Source: a virus
Taxonomy: Duplodnaviria > Caudoviricetes
Direction: 5' to 3' (one strand)
DNA: 60,021 nucleotides
IMG/VR virus record: IMGVR_UViG_3300021411_000007
Coordinates: 1 to 60,021 of that record
Positions within the stretch are counted from its first letter, which is position 1, and every line of letters begins with the position of its first letter. A program made the position numbers and the translations under genes. Of the stretch, positions 9,262 to 19,395 are shown piece after piece. The notes below the pieces were generated by a model. It searched no databases, was not told where the DNA came from, and saw only the letters and a list, made by a program, of their open reading frames with translations.

Positions 9262-10629
9262 ATGCCAAGTTATACTAATGTTGATGCCAGTTATCAAAAG
9301 TTTCAAGTGATAAAAGTATATTCTCCTGATAGGACTACATTTCTAGGGCTAATAAGTGATGCTGCCTATGTTAGTGGCATAAAATACAATATGAGTGCTG
9401 CTGATGATGCAATACATATCATACTTCCCAGACTAATTGACGCGTATGACGGTGAAAACCAGCCTGGAAGCATGGGTACTATCGTGATGGGAAATTGTAT
9501 CCAGATATGGGTCTATGGGGCTGGTCTGCCTGCTACGGGACAGCTCAAATTCAATGGTTTCATCGACACTATTAACCCTAAGCTTGATGAGAACAGCTCT
9601 CAGAGTGTTGATGTTCTGTGTACTCCCTATAGTCAGCTCGCTCTAGGTGACCATGCTGCGACCGATCCTGTCCCATTTGGCACGGCTGGCAACAGTGCCA
9701 CCTATGTCGATACTGGGACAATATTCCAGAGCTTCTTCACTGGTTCGTATGTGGACAGCACGGGCGCAACACAGAGCACGCTCGACATAGACACAGGACA
9801 GCCCTACTGCTATCCCTACACGATGGACCCGGCAAGCGTGGCCCTAACACTGCAGAAGACACAGTACATTTTCCAGAACCAGCAGATGTTTTCATCGCTC
9901 AACAATGTGCTACTACTCTCACCGCCTGATTATTTTTATAGGATGAACCAGAACCTGACCACGTTCTTTGGGGTTATTCCATCCACCCCCGTGCATACAT
10001 TGTTGCTCGGTCAGCACATCACGGCTATCGAATTCCCACAAGATAACGTCCCTCGCAAGAATGTCATTGTCGTGGAAGGGAAAGGTGTGAAAGGGAAGTA
10101 CGTGGGCTCTAGCGTTACCTCGATCGGCAAAAGAACTTACTTCAAGAGCGATCAGAGGATCACAGATGCCACGACTGCTCAGACGCTCGCTAATGGGATA
10201 GGAGCATTGCTCGATCGGCCTGTGATCCGAGCCAAGGTCAAGATCCCGGACTATAGGGGAGATCAGCAACCCGGCCTGGGCTATGACATCGAAAAGTTCC
10301 GTGTTGGCGACACCGTGAAAATCATCGATGCCAGAGCACCTGCTAGCTCGGCTGTAGGTGTTGGCTCCGTATGGGGAAGCTTTGTATGGGGAAGCAGCAA
10401 ATGGGGAGGGACTTCCACAGCGGCTCCGACCATTTGGGGAAGCTTCAATTGGGGACAAGCCGTATGGGGGACAAGCTTGGGTGCTATTTTTCAGACAGTT
10501 GTGCCTATCGCAGCTATAGATTACAATTTTCACTATGTCGAGCTTGAATTAGGCTTTAGGGCACCAAAGATAAACAGGAAGGTCTTTAATATTGAAGCGG
10601 CACTCAGTGACGCAACTTTAGTTACTTAG
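9262..10629 (+). CDS. Baseplate hub / tail-tip protein
   Basis: Follows Dit; 'FRVGDTVKI.D' motif; inserted WG-repeat segment. Confidence 0.65.
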   Translation: MPSYTNVDASYQKFQVIKVYSPDRTTFLGLISDAAYVSGIKYNMSAADDAIHIILPRLIDAYDGENQPGSMGTIVMGNCIQIWVYGAGLPATGQLKFNGFIDTINPKLDENSSQSVDVLCTPYSQLALGDHAATDPVPFGTAGNSATYVDTGTIFQSFFTGSYVDSTGATQSTLDIDTGQPYCYPYTMDPASVALTLQKTQYIFQNQQMFSSLNNVLLLSPPDYFYRMNQNLTTFFGVIPSTPVHTLLLGQHITAIEFPQDNVPRKNVIVVEGKGVKGKYVGSSVTSIGKRTYFKSDQRITDATTAQTLANGIGALLDRPVIRAKVKIPDYRGDQQPGLGYDIEKFRVGDTVKIIDARAPASSAVGVGSVWGSFVWGSSKWGGTSTAAPTIWGSFNWGQAVWGTSLGAIFQTVVPIAAIDYNFHYVELELGFRAPKINRKVFNIEAALSDATLVT

Positions 10630-10644
10630 ATAGGAGTAGAATAA

Positions 10645-11229
10645 ATGGCCTCGGGAATTTTTGGGGCAAGCGTTACCACAATTACAGATGGTACGACAGC
10701 TCATGCCCCCGACGTTTTAGCTACATTACTGTCATTACAGACGAATGGTGTCAATAATGACGGGGGTTCCATTCAAACGGATGGCAGCGGCCAGATGTTC
10801 GTGCCTATCATCACCATATCCAACAAGTTCAACACGAACATCGCGCCAGTAACCGTCAACGGGCAAACGAGTGGGCACGCTGACCTGTACCAGTACATCC
10901 AAGGCAACGTCAAGGTGACGCTTATCAACCTTGTCAATTACCGCATCACTGCAAATCAGAGCTTGGTATTGCCATCCGCTTATGCAGGCCGGGCCATGAT
11001 CCAAACTTGGGAGACGAATGGCGGGCACATCGCATGCCTCGCTTCTGGCTCAGCAGTCAACATCAAGACACAAAACACCATAGCAGCGGCTGCAGGTACC
11101 CAAACGACGCAAACCTTTATGGCCCAGTTCAGCCAAGGGCAGATTGACGCGGCTTGGGATACTTTCCAATTGCAGAGCGCAAACCAACTTGGGGCAGCAA
11201 ACGGCGTTATACGCATAGAAGGCTTCTAG
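10645..11229 (+). CDS. Minor tail / receptor-binding-like protein
   Basis: Position; Thr/Gly/Asn-rich beta composition. Confidence 0.45.
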   Translation: MASGIFGASVTTITDGTTAHAPDVLATLLSLQTNGVNNDGGSIQTDGSGQMFVPIITISNKFNTNIAPVTVNGQTSGHADLYQYIQGNVKVTLINLVNYRITANQSLVLPSAYAGRAMIQTWETNGGHIACLASGSAVNIKTQNTIAAAAGTQTTQTFMAQFSQGQIDAAWDTFQLQSANQLGAANGVIRIEGF

Positions 11230-11241
11230 AGAGGAAATAGC

Positions 11242-11448
11242 ATGGCTTACGTACCAAATGTCTCATTAACACCAGAGTACGTTCAGTCTCTTATCACACG
11301 GTGTGGGTTTACTGACGTGTCAGACGAGCATCCTGACGAGGGACTCATCTCTATAAGAGATTTAAACGACTCTACGTCAACCTTTTATGATCTCGCGAGC
11401 GCGAGAGATAGCCTTGTGCTGGCATATGTCATTCAGCAGAATAGCTAG
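11242..11448 (+). CDS. Hypothetical protein
   Basis: RBS GAGG, 68 aa. Confidence 0.5.
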   Translation: MAYVPNVSLTPEYVQSLITRCGFTDVSDEHPDEGLISIRDLNDSTSTFYDLASARDSLVLAYVIQQNS

Positions 11449-11588
11449 AGTGGCATGCCGTGCCATAGCATCAAAAAGGTGATATAGGCAAATATGCCAA
11501 GGATCGCTATGGCAGCTAGAGCAGTGAGCGCAAAATAAAGCATTTTTTTCATACTCGGTAGAACGAGCGAGAGAAGGAAGAGGTAACG

Positions 11589-11801
11589 ATGGCAAGATAC
11601 GCATCAAGAGCATTTGGAGGTCCTGTGTTTCTATCGAATATGGTCACTCCAAGACCTAGATATGTGCCAAGAGTCTTTGGGGGTCCTATTCTGATATCAG
11701 GAATTGTACCTCTTCCAGACACAAATATCACGCTTTACATACGTGAAGGGAATAGTACAGTATATACACGTGAAGGCAATATCACAGTATACGAGAGGTG
11801 A
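11589..11801 (+). CDS. Small tail-associated protein with internal repeats
   Basis: RY..R.FGGP..IS twice and N.T.Y.REG about three times. Confidence 0.55.
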   Translation: MARYASRAFGGPVFLSNMVTPRPRYVPRVFGGPILISGIVPLPDTNITLYIREGNSTVYTREGNITVYER

Positions 11802-11804
11802 TGT

Positions 11805-12173
11805 ATGGCAGTAGTCACTATTGTCCCTGTAGACGATTTTTCACCTATCATACAAGGCGATACAGGCAATCCATTTGTTATTCAAGTTTTGAATAAAAGT
11901 GGAAAGATTGTGAGTATTTTAGGCGCGACTATCACCATGAAAATGCAATCTGTGAGCGACCCGACCATTATCAAGACGTGCATGGGGCCTTGGCAGATAG
12001 ACGTTTCAGATAATGGCAAAGCTTCTTACGGGTATCAAGCGGGCGATGTAAATACTGCTGATAGCTGGCTTATGTTGATCAAAATCGTACTAAATGGCAA
12101 GCCGATACACCCAGACGACAGCAAAGGGAATTTCAAGATACTTGTAATAAACCCGCTTCCTACGGGAGCCTAG
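11805..12173 (+). CDS. BppU-like upper-baseplate domain protein
   Basis: 'IIQGDTG.PF..', 'GKASY.YQAGD.NTA.SW' pattern. Confidence 0.6.
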   Translation: MAVVTIVPVDDFSPIIQGDTGNPFVIQVLNKSGKIVSILGATITMKMQSVSDPTIIKTCMGPWQIDVSDNGKASYGYQAGDVNTADSWLMLIKIVLNGKPIHPDDSKGNFKILVINPLPTGA

Positions 12174-12205
12174 CACCTGCAAGGGAAGAAAGAGAGTACT
12201 TCGAT

Positions 12206-13969
12206 ATGGGATTTGGAAACACTCCATTAGGGCAAGATCTAATACCATTGGGGACTGCTAGCGTTCCTGGTACTGTTGATCCTGTACCTATTCAAGGATC
12301 AGCAAACAAAACTACCGATGGCAACAACAACACAACTACACCTGTCAACATGAACTTGAAGCAAGTAGGGGATGTACTCTTTGCGCTAGGGCAAGCCCTC
12401 AAAGTCGGTTCCATCCCTGTTGTGCTTCCCTCGGATCAAGTTGTGCCTGTTAGTGCAACATCACTCCCTTTGCCCACAGGAGCAGCTACACAGACGACTC
12501 TTGCTAGTGTGCTTGCTCAACTGCAAGCTGGGATAGCAGTCAACACCATCTCGAATTATGCGACAGAAAATGGCAATCTCGCATCAGTAAAAGCAGACCT
12601 CGACACACTATCTGCTATCGTATCGGGTGGCAAAGGTGCAGTAAAGGCTGGTGCTGGTGATTTTGCCGATCTCGCAACACTTGCAGGAATTGTGTCATCC
12701 AACAAAGCGTCGGTGAAAGCGGCGGCTAACGATATAGCAGATTTGGCTACTCTTGCAGGTATTGTATCGGGAGCCAAAGCGACGATAAAAGCAGCAATAA
12801 ATGACATTGCTGACCTTGCTACACTTCTAGCACGGCATAATGACACCTTTGGCACCAACACGGCTATTAGTGCTGCTACAACATTTAGTGCTATACCGCT
12901 TGTTTCAGCACTTGCCGCTAACTCCTATGCAACACTCCCAAACGCTTCGTACATGGCTACCTTTTCCGCACAAATCAACGTTGCAAGTGCTTTTGTGGGT
13001 ACAATTGGATTTTACGGTTTATTACCTGACGGTGCTACACTTCAACAGATTAACGCACACCAGAGAGGGACAGCTACAACTACCAATGCCACAGCTATCA
13101 ACACAGGAAGTGCATTAGAGCAGACATGGGAAGGAAGCATCGCAGCATTTAAAGCGATATATGTGGTGTGTACAGCATTTACGAGCGGTGCGGCAAGTGT
13201 GCAACTTGGATTGACGGCTGCAGACTATGCACATGCGATTATCAACACGGTTGCGCAAAATTTGACACAGGTTGGCGGTGTCGCTCCACAGCTTGACGGA
13301 GGCTTGCTAAATCGTCTTGGCGTATCGCTTTATGGCAAGAATGCAGCGGCAGGAGATACACCATTCTTGCTCAATGCTGATGGGTCAGCACAGTACGACC
13401 TACGTAAAGTCGCGGGCGCTACTCTTTCTCAAAGCAATCCGGTCATTACTGAGCTGAATATCCCTAATTGGATACGATCTGGCAATGGGTTTTCCTATAC
13501 GAACGGTCTATCTGGCACATCATATCCCGTTACTGCCACAAACAACAATCTTCTTGTGTGTGCACTCAGCATTTTCAACCCGTCGAACTCTGGGAAGAAT
13601 ATTCTCATCTATAGCATTAAAGTGGCATGTACTGGCTCAGGTCCAAGCGGGAAGATTTTTGCAACAACAACTGATCCTAGTGGGACTACAGGATATACAG
13701 GCGTTGCTGTAGCAGCAAACGCGAAGCTCGGAGGCGCGGCTACTGTTGCATCTCTCAGCGCAAGCGCAAGCGCAATTGCAGCATCACCAGCGACATCAGG
13801 CACACCAATGGAAAGCTATGCCATTGCAAGCGGATCCGCTATCGAAGTGCTGACCAATGGATCTGTTATCCTTTTGCCATCAGGGAGCGCCAATGGCATT
13901 TCAATTATGGCATTTGTTCCAACAGCAGGCCAGACATTTGTATGTACAGCAAAAGGTGTCGAGTACTGA
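12206..13969 (+). CDS. Tail fibre-like protein
   Basis: 587 aa, Ala/Thr/Gly-rich; 'LPLPTGAATQTTL'; 21-aa DLATLAGIVS repeats. Confidence 0.6.
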   Translation: MGFGNTPLGQDLIPLGTASVPGTVDPVPIQGSANKTTDGNNNTTTPVNMNLKQVGDVLFALGQALKVGSIPVVLPSDQVVPVSATSLPLPTGAATQTTLASVLAQLQAGIAVNTISNYATENGNLASVKADLDTLSAIVSGGKGAVKAGAGDFADLATLAGIVSSNKASVKAAANDIADLATLAGIVSGAKATIKAAINDIADLATLLARHNDTFGTNTAISAATTFSAIPLVSALAANSYATLPNASYMATFSAQINVASAFVGTIGFYGLLPDGATLQQINAHQRGTATTTNATAINTGSALEQTWEGSIAAFKAIYVVCTAFTSGAASVQLGLTAADYAHAIINTVAQNLTQVGGVAPQLDGGLLNRLGVSLYGKNAAAGDTPFLLNADGSAQYDLRKVAGATLSQSNPVITELNIPNWIRSGNGFSYTNGLSGTSYPVTATNNNLLVCALSIFNPSNSGKNILIYSIKVACTGSGPSGKIFATTTDPSGTTGYTGVAVAANAKLGGAATVASLSASASAIAASPATSGTPMESYAIASGSAIEVLTNGSVILLPSGSANGISIMAFVPTAGQTFVCTAKGVEY

Positions 13970-13981
13970 AAGGGACTGACA

Positions 13982-15394
13982 GTGACATCATATATCAATG
14001 TGGTGGATGATTATGGCGCAGATCGGACTGGAGTCACTGATAGCACTGCTGCTATTCAGAATGCTATCAACGCGGCTCCATTCCGTGCTGTGCTTGCATT
14101 GCCATATGGCAATTATGTCATCTCAGCACCGTTGATCATTGATAGATCACAAATCGCCCTAGTAGGATGGGGTGAGGAATTTACGACGCAAATCTCTATT
14201 GCTTCTTCTGCTGATCCTGCATGTGCGCTGATTGTAGGCAATACGCAATCTGTGTTGAACGTCAAAATTCAAGGATTAACGTTCAAAGGCCGCAACGATA
14301 CCACTACAACAGGACAGGGAATTCATTGGCGTGCAGGCGTTTCTACAATGGAGCAGTGTCGCGTTTTGCAGTTTGGCGGGCATGGTGTCGTAGTTGAAGG
14401 TTTTGGAGCAGGTATAAATGACGTTGTATTCGACAATTGTTACTTTTCACAAAATGGCAATAACGCGGCGAATCCAGGTGACAATTTACGCATCTTAAAT
14501 ACGGTGTATGACTGTGAATACAACGTAGTAAAGTGCGCAGGAAATGTTGCGAAAAATACGTCTCGCTACGGCATTTATAACCAAGGATTCAGTCAGAAGT
14601 TTACGCAATGCCATACCTACTTCAATTCCTCACATGGCATGTTTCTCGATACGCCAGCGGAGGGTACGCAGATTATAGGAGGTGAATACGAAAACAATAG
14701 CGGAGATGGAATACATCTTAATGCAGTTGGGTTCTTTTCGTTTATCGGATTGCAGACGTATGGACAATCTGCATCAAAGGATATTAGCATTATAAATAGT
14801 AGCTACGGATCTATTACTGGATGTATGCTTGAAAGCACAACAACAGACAAAAACATTTTCCTTACATCCTCAAATAGAATTACTATTGGGAATAATGTCA
14901 TTAAAGGAGCAAATAGCGCCTCGATAGACATAAGTACAGGAAGCACCAGAAATATAGTCACTGGAAACTATTGCGAAACAGGCAAAATAAGCATAACAGG
15001 AACGGACAATATCATAAAAGACAACATGTTAGGGGGAGTCAGTATTGTTGAACAAACAGGAGCGGATAACAACGCAATAGAAGGAAACAAGTTATTCGGC
15101 GGAGGAACCGTTACAAAAGTTGGAGCAAACACAAGAGTCAGGCAGAATACGGGATTCGCGACTGAAGCACACGGATCGGCTTCAATTACATCAGGAAATA
15201 CTAGCGTCGTTGTAGCACACGGGATTGCATTGACACCAACACTAGAACAAATATCTGTTACACCACAGACATCGCTTGGAAGTGCTGTAAATTTCTGGAT
15301 AAGCAACCCAACAAGCACAACATTCACGATCAATCTGAATGCGAATCCAGGCGCAACAGTTACTTTTGGATGGAGGTCTGATGTTGGCTATTAG
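13982..15394 (+). CDS. Pectate-lyase-like beta-helix tail spike / depolymerase
   Basis: 'NVVDDYGAD.TGVTDSTAAIQNAIN' N-terminal motif and parallel beta-helix repeats. Confidence 0.8.
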   Translation: MTSYINVVDDYGADRTGVTDSTAAIQNAINAAPFRAVLALPYGNYVISAPLIIDRSQIALVGWGEEFTTQISIASSADPACALIVGNTQSVLNVKIQGLTFKGRNDTTTTGQGIHWRAGVSTMEQCRVLQFGGHGVVVEGFGAGINDVVFDNCYFSQNGNNAANPGDNLRILNTVYDCEYNVVKCAGNVAKNTSRYGIYNQGFSQKFTQCHTYFNSSHGMFLDTPAEGTQIIGGEYENNSGDGIHLNAVGFFSFIGLQTYGQSASKDISIINSSYGSITGCMLESTTTDKNIFLTSSNRITIGNNVIKGANSASIDISTGSTRNIVTGNYCETGKISITGTDNIIKDNMLGGVSIVEQTGADNNAIEGNKLFGGGTVTKVGANTRVRQNTGFATEAHGSASITSGNTSVVVAHGIALTPTLEQISVTPQTSLGSAVNFWISNPTSTTFTINLNANPGATVTFGWRSDVGY

Positions 15395-15499
15395 CAAATC
15401 TCGACAATTGAGGCAATGTGCCAAGATGTTTCTAGGGCTCTCAGGTGTACGATCCAAGCCCTAGAAGGATTGCTATTAGGAAGATTTAAGGAGGTGACA

Positions 15500-16597
15500 T
15501 TGACACCGCAATTTATTGACATATCACAGTGGCAACCCCAGACGATCGACTGGCAGGCATACAAGGCATGGTCAGCACAAGGCGACGGTGTGAGCAGGGT
15601 AGCCATGCGCTCTTCATACGGCACGGGCTATGCAGATACGCATTTCCAAACATATCGAAATGCTGCTCTAGTTGCTGGTATTGGACAAATCATCTACTAC
15701 CACTACAGCTATCCAAGCATAAATAATCCCGTAGATGAGGCAAAATGGCAACATGACGTTGTAGGTGATGTCAGGCCACAAGACATACTCATACTGGACT
15801 TTGAGGAGAATACTCCTAATGCTACGGGCGATTGGGCGTTCGCTTGGCTTGCTCAGCAGGAAGCGAACTATAGTGGCAAGCTTCCAGGGCTGTATGCCAG
15901 TTCTGCCTACATTCAGAGCAGATTACAGGATAGCCGACTGTCAAGATATCCTTTATGGTTGGCCAATTGGACATTTAATCCAAATACACGACCGCCTGTA
16001 CCAAGCCCATGGTCAGCATATGAAATCGTGCAGTATACGGATCACGCTACAAATGTCCCAGGCATTGGCCCAGGCAATGTAGATTGCAATATCTACCTAG
16101 GGGCAAGCATACCCCCACCAGAGGAGGACACAGTGAAAACCATAGACCTAACAGATCCGACCGTTGCATCGCATTTCACCGGAGGATCTGACATTTGGCA
16201 GTGTAAGGACAACAAGTTTCTCATTGGCCATGGCATCCTAGGCTTCTATCAGAAATTTGGAGGGGATGCACTCTGCGGACTGACCTATCTAGGTCTCCCA
16301 ACGAGCAACGAGACCGCAGCCCCAAATCATCCTGGTGTTGTCTACCAACGATTCGAGCGAGGCGCGCTAGCCTATGATGGTCAGCATACGCTCGACAACC
16401 CGCCTGCTAGTGCTGATGTCTATCTCATGCATATAGACAGTGGCTTGGGCCAAGACCCCCGTATAGCCCAGCTACAGGCCCAAATAGACACACTCAAAAA
16501 TCTGCCAGTGGTGACCAATCTTGAGCAAATCACCACTATCGGTAAACGTATTCGAGATGATGTAGATCTTGTTGTAAAGCTGGCTACAGTCATTTAG
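15500..16597 (+). CDS. Endolysin, GH25 lysozyme with LGFP-like C-terminal region
   Basis: 'IDISQWQ', 'YHYSY', 'LDFEE', 'LWLANW', 'VDCN'; AAGGAGG RBS before TTG 15500. Confidence 0.88.
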   Translation: MTPQFIDISQWQPQTIDWQAYKAWSAQGDGVSRVAMRSSYGTGYADTHFQTYRNAALVAGIGQIIYYHYSYPSINNPVDEAKWQHDVVGDVRPQDILILDFEENTPNATGDWAFAWLAQQEANYSGKLPGLYASSAYIQSRLQDSRLSRYPLWLANWTFNPNTRPPVPSPWSAYEIVQYTDHATNVPGIGPGNVDCNIYLGASIPPPEEDTVKTIDLTDPTVASHFTGGSDIWQCKDNKFLIGHGILGFYQKFGGDALCGLTYLGLPTSNETAAPNHPGVVYQRFERGALAYDGQHTLDNPPASADVYLMHIDSGLGQDPRIAQLQAQIDTLKNLPVVTNLEQITTIGKRIRDDVDLVVKLATVI

Positions 16598-16610
16598 GAA
16601 GGAGATTTAC

Positions 16611-16814
16611 ATGTCTACGTTGTTAGACTTCAATTTCTTGGTTATTCTCAATTTGTTTGTCCTTTTGTTATGGCCTTCAGCTAGTTATTTAGCTGTACCA
16701 TCACCTGCAACACCTGATAAGCGTAGCACAATATCATGGCTTGTGCTTATTGTCACCATTATAGTCGTGTTAGGCGACATCTTCTTCTTAGTGCTCAAAA
16801 TGTTTGGTCACTGA
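16611..16814 (+). CDS. Small two-TM membrane protein
   Basis: Two hydrophobic segments; RBS AAGGAG. Confidence 0.6.
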   Translation: MSTLLDFNFLVILNLFVLLLWPSASYLAVPSPATPDKRSTISWLVLIVTIIVVLGDIFFLVLKMFGH

Positions 16815-16867
16815 AAAGATAAGTTTATGCGTTCTCTGTAAGTGCGTAGCAGGAGGCTACATCATGC

Positions 16868-17143
16868 ATGATAATGTATAACGGGAGTGATTCGCGTTTG
16901 GAAAGACATGAACAAATTTTAGAGAAGCTGGTTGAACAGCAAATACGGACAGAAGAGCTTTTGAAGGCAACAATCGGCCTTCAAAAAGACAACACGTCTG
17001 AAATCAAGGATTTACGAAAGGAAAGCGTCGATGTTGGAAAAATCCTAGATAAGATGGTGTGGAAATTCAACATCGTCCAATGGATTATCGTCGCTGTTCT
17101 TGCTGCTGTCATCTCTCAGATCGTACCGCATATCATCAAGTGA
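16868..17143 (+). CDS. Holin-like protein (coiled coil plus C-terminal TM)
   Basis: XhlA-like architecture in lysis module. Confidence 0.5.
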   Translation: MIMYNGSDSRLERHEQILEKLVEQQIRTEELLKATIGLQKDNTSEIKDLRKESVDVGKILDKMVWKFNIVQWIIVAVLAAVISQIVPHIIK

Positions 17144-17152
17144 GGAAAATGG

Positions 17153-17482
17153 ATGTACAGTTTGTCTGATCTTGCGGTACTTGCTGCAAGTATTATCGGC
17201 ATTATCCTTCCGCGATTGTTTGTTAGGACAAAGCTCCTGATACACCTTGACATTATCACAGTGTCAAGTATGTTTCTTGTTGCAATTGTTGGAGCGTGGC
17301 TTATCCACTTAATTTCTGGTGGTGACGTGTCTACGCTCTTTACACGCCTTTTTCTTGTGATAGGCATATCGAACACTGTCTACATCTTCAGTCAGTTTGA
17401 AATGATGAGGCGGCTTCAGATAACGAGAGAAGCTTTTGAAGCTGCCTTAAAGACAGAACACGAAAAGGAGAAAACACCGTGA
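17153..17482 (+). CDS. Three-TM membrane protein (possible holin)
   Basis: Hydrophobic segments, charged C-terminus. Confidence 0.5.
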   Translation: MYSLSDLAVLAASIIGIILPRLFVRTKLLIHLDIITVSSMFLVAIVGAWLIHLISGGDVSTLFTRLFLVIGISNTVYIFSQFEMMRRLQITREAFEAALKTEHEKEKTP

Positions 17483-17865
17483 ATGCACTCATCGTACAAC
17501 TTGCGCCACAAATCGCTATTACCGTCGTTGCGATTATTGGCTACATTTACCACATTGTAGCTATCCACATCCCTTCTCAACAACGGGCATACCTCGAGCA
17601 GTGGGGACGAATTGTAGCACTCAAAGCTGAGCAGTTCGGAGCAGGCAAAACGAACGCAGAGAAAAAGCAAATGGCTATGAATGACCTCGTAGGCTTTTTC
17701 TCAGCGTTCAAGCTACCTGTACCACCACTTGATATCCTTTCAGCGGCTATTGAAGCGGCTGTAAATCTGTTACCTGCTACAAATCCCGCTCCCATTGCGC
17801 CCGCTGCTACTGCCAACGCTGTACCAACCGTAGGCACTGCCAACGCAACAGGGACCGCCGTATGA
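17479..17865 (+). CDS. Holin, LL-H-like family
   Basis: 'KAEQ.G.G..NAEKKQ.A' and 'LSAAIEAAV' motifs after one N-terminal TM. Confidence 0.7.
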   Translation: MNALIVQLAPQIAITVVAIIGYIYHIVAIHIPSQQRAYLEQWGRIVALKAEQFGAGKTNAEKKQMAMNDLVGFFSAFKLPVPPLDILSAAIEAAVNLLPATNPAPIAPAATANAVPTVGTANATGTAV

Positions 17866-18212
17866 GCTTGCAATCAGCTCAACAGGATATCATCGATGCG
17901 GAGGCGGCTCTCGTAGCTCTAGGACCTCTCTCATCGGCAAACTTCGACTTGGCACTTGTGCAACTGGCGAAGCGGCGCAATGCCCAGCTTGAGATACAGA
18001 AATATCAAAACGAGCAGTTCCGCCCCGATGCGTTCAACTTGATCAATCAAATTCAGTCAGCAGCGGCAAATAGCGACAAGGTGAGCGTCATTTCCCTCTT
18101 CTTGCGCAAGTTTGCAGAATATAGCGCAACACAAACGCAAGCACTAGAGCCGACGCATCCTACTATTAAATCAATAGTAGATGCTATGCCTCCGATGGGA
18201 CAGGGGAATTAG
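17862..18212 (+). CDS. Hypothetical protein
   Basis: ATGA overlap with upstream gene. Confidence 0.55.
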   Translation: MSLQSAQQDIIDAEAALVALGPLSSANFDLALVQLAKRRNAQLEIQKYQNEQFRPDAFNLINQIQSAAANSDKVSVISLFLRKFAEYSATQTQALEPTHPTIKSIVDAMPPMGQGN

Positions 18213-18377
18213 ATGTACATTGTTGTAACAGAAGTAGAAGACGAGCAGAAGATGAGCACCATTGCTACGCTCATTCATACAGGTGAAAAGTTTCTCGTAT
18301 GGACATTTGTCGGTCATTCCGATGATATAGAGCGTCTTGGCGTCACGATCAAAGGAATGATACTTATACAGGTATAA
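18213..18377 (+). CDS. Small hypothetical protein (54 aa)
   Basis: Open frame MYIVVTEVEDEQK...ILIQV abutting neighbours; below ORF-track cutoff. Confidence 0.4.
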   Translation: MYIVVTEVEDEQKMSTIATLIHTGEKFLVWTFVGHSDDIERLGVTIKGMILIQV

Positions 18378-18388
18378 GGAGGTAATTC

Positions 18389-19135
18389 TTGACAAAATAC
18401 GCTTATGGTAGAATAGCAGACCTTGGAGACGACAGGGATAAAAGATTTAGCATACTAGATGGCTTGTCCTTGCCTTCTAGTGTTGATTTGCGACCTGACT
18501 GCGCACCAATTGAGGATCAAGGACAGCTAGGGAGTTGTACCTCGTTCGCAACCGGAGCGGCGATTAGGTACGCTCGCAAAAAGCAAGGCTTGTCTGACTT
18601 TGTGACCTCACACCTTTTTCTCTACTACAACAGTAGATCGAAAAGTACAAAAACTGTTGATGCTGGAGCCACTATTCGAGATGCGATCAAAGCAGCAGCT
18701 AAACAGGGGGATTGCGCAGAAACCGATTGGCCGTATGACATTTCCAAGTTTGCATCAAAACCTCCTGTCCAAGCTTATCAGGACGCTCTGAAGGATCGAG
18801 CGATTAGTTATCTGAGTGTGGCCCAGGACGGCACTCAGATGAAAAACTGCCTTGCTCAGGGCTGGCCTGTTGTGATTGGCTTCACAGTATACTCAAGCTT
18901 CGAGAGCAACGCTGTGGCTCAATCTGGAGTGGTTCCTATGCCGAGCAAGAGCGAGTCAGTACTTGGGGGCCACGCTGTTTTGATCGTGGGATTTAGGGAT
19001 GATAAGCAGCAGTGGATATGTCGTAATAGTTGGGGACAATGGGGAGATCAGGGATACTTCTATATGCCATATGACTACCTGCTCAATAGGAGACTTTCGA
19101 GCGATTTCTGGACCATACGGGCGATGAGCGTTTAA
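18389..19135 (+). CDS. Papain-like cysteine peptidase (C1A family)
   Basis: 'DQGQLGSCT' (Gln/Cys), 'GGHAV' (His), 'RNSWG' (Asn). Confidence 0.92.
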   Translation: MTKYAYGRIADLGDDRDKRFSILDGLSLPSSVDLRPDCAPIEDQGQLGSCTSFATGAAIRYARKKQGLSDFVTSHLFLYYNSRSKSTKTVDAGATIRDAIKAAAKQGDCAETDWPYDISKFASKPPVQAYQDALKDRAISYLSVAQDGTQMKNCLAQGWPVVIGFTVYSSFESNAVAQSGVVPMPSKSESVLGGHAVLIVGFRDDKQQWICRNSWGQWGDQGYFYMPYDYLLNRRLSSDFWTIRAMSV

Positions 19136-19152
19136 TCTTGTGTAAGTTTTGA

Positions 19153-19190
19153 AGCAAAAAGAGAGAGGGACGTTCAATCCCTCTCTTGCT
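19153..19190. terminator. Intrinsic terminator between convergent units
   Basis: GAGAGGGA/TCCCTCTC stem with an A-tract on the left. Confidence 0.7.
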
Positions 19191-19191
19191 A

Positions 19192-19395
19192 CTATTGATT
19201 ATACACGCGCTCAGCTTCTCTATTGAGCTTCTCACGCCACTCTGCATATTGGCTGCACTGTTGGCAGTTTATACGGAAACTGAGATCCGTATCATAGAGT
19301 GCTCTGCCTTCTGCGTTGAGCCAACTTGGATAATCTGTTGATGGATTATCCCGCTCGTTCTGGTCGTCTCCTAGGAGATCTTGTAAATTACTCAT
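19192..19395 (-). CDS. Hypothetical protein
   Basis: Likely start MSNLQDLL overlapping upstream stop. Confidence 0.5.
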   Translation of the reverse strand: MSNLQDLLGDDQNERDNPSTDYPSWLNAEGRALYDTDLSFRINCQQCSQYAEWREKLNREAERVYNQ

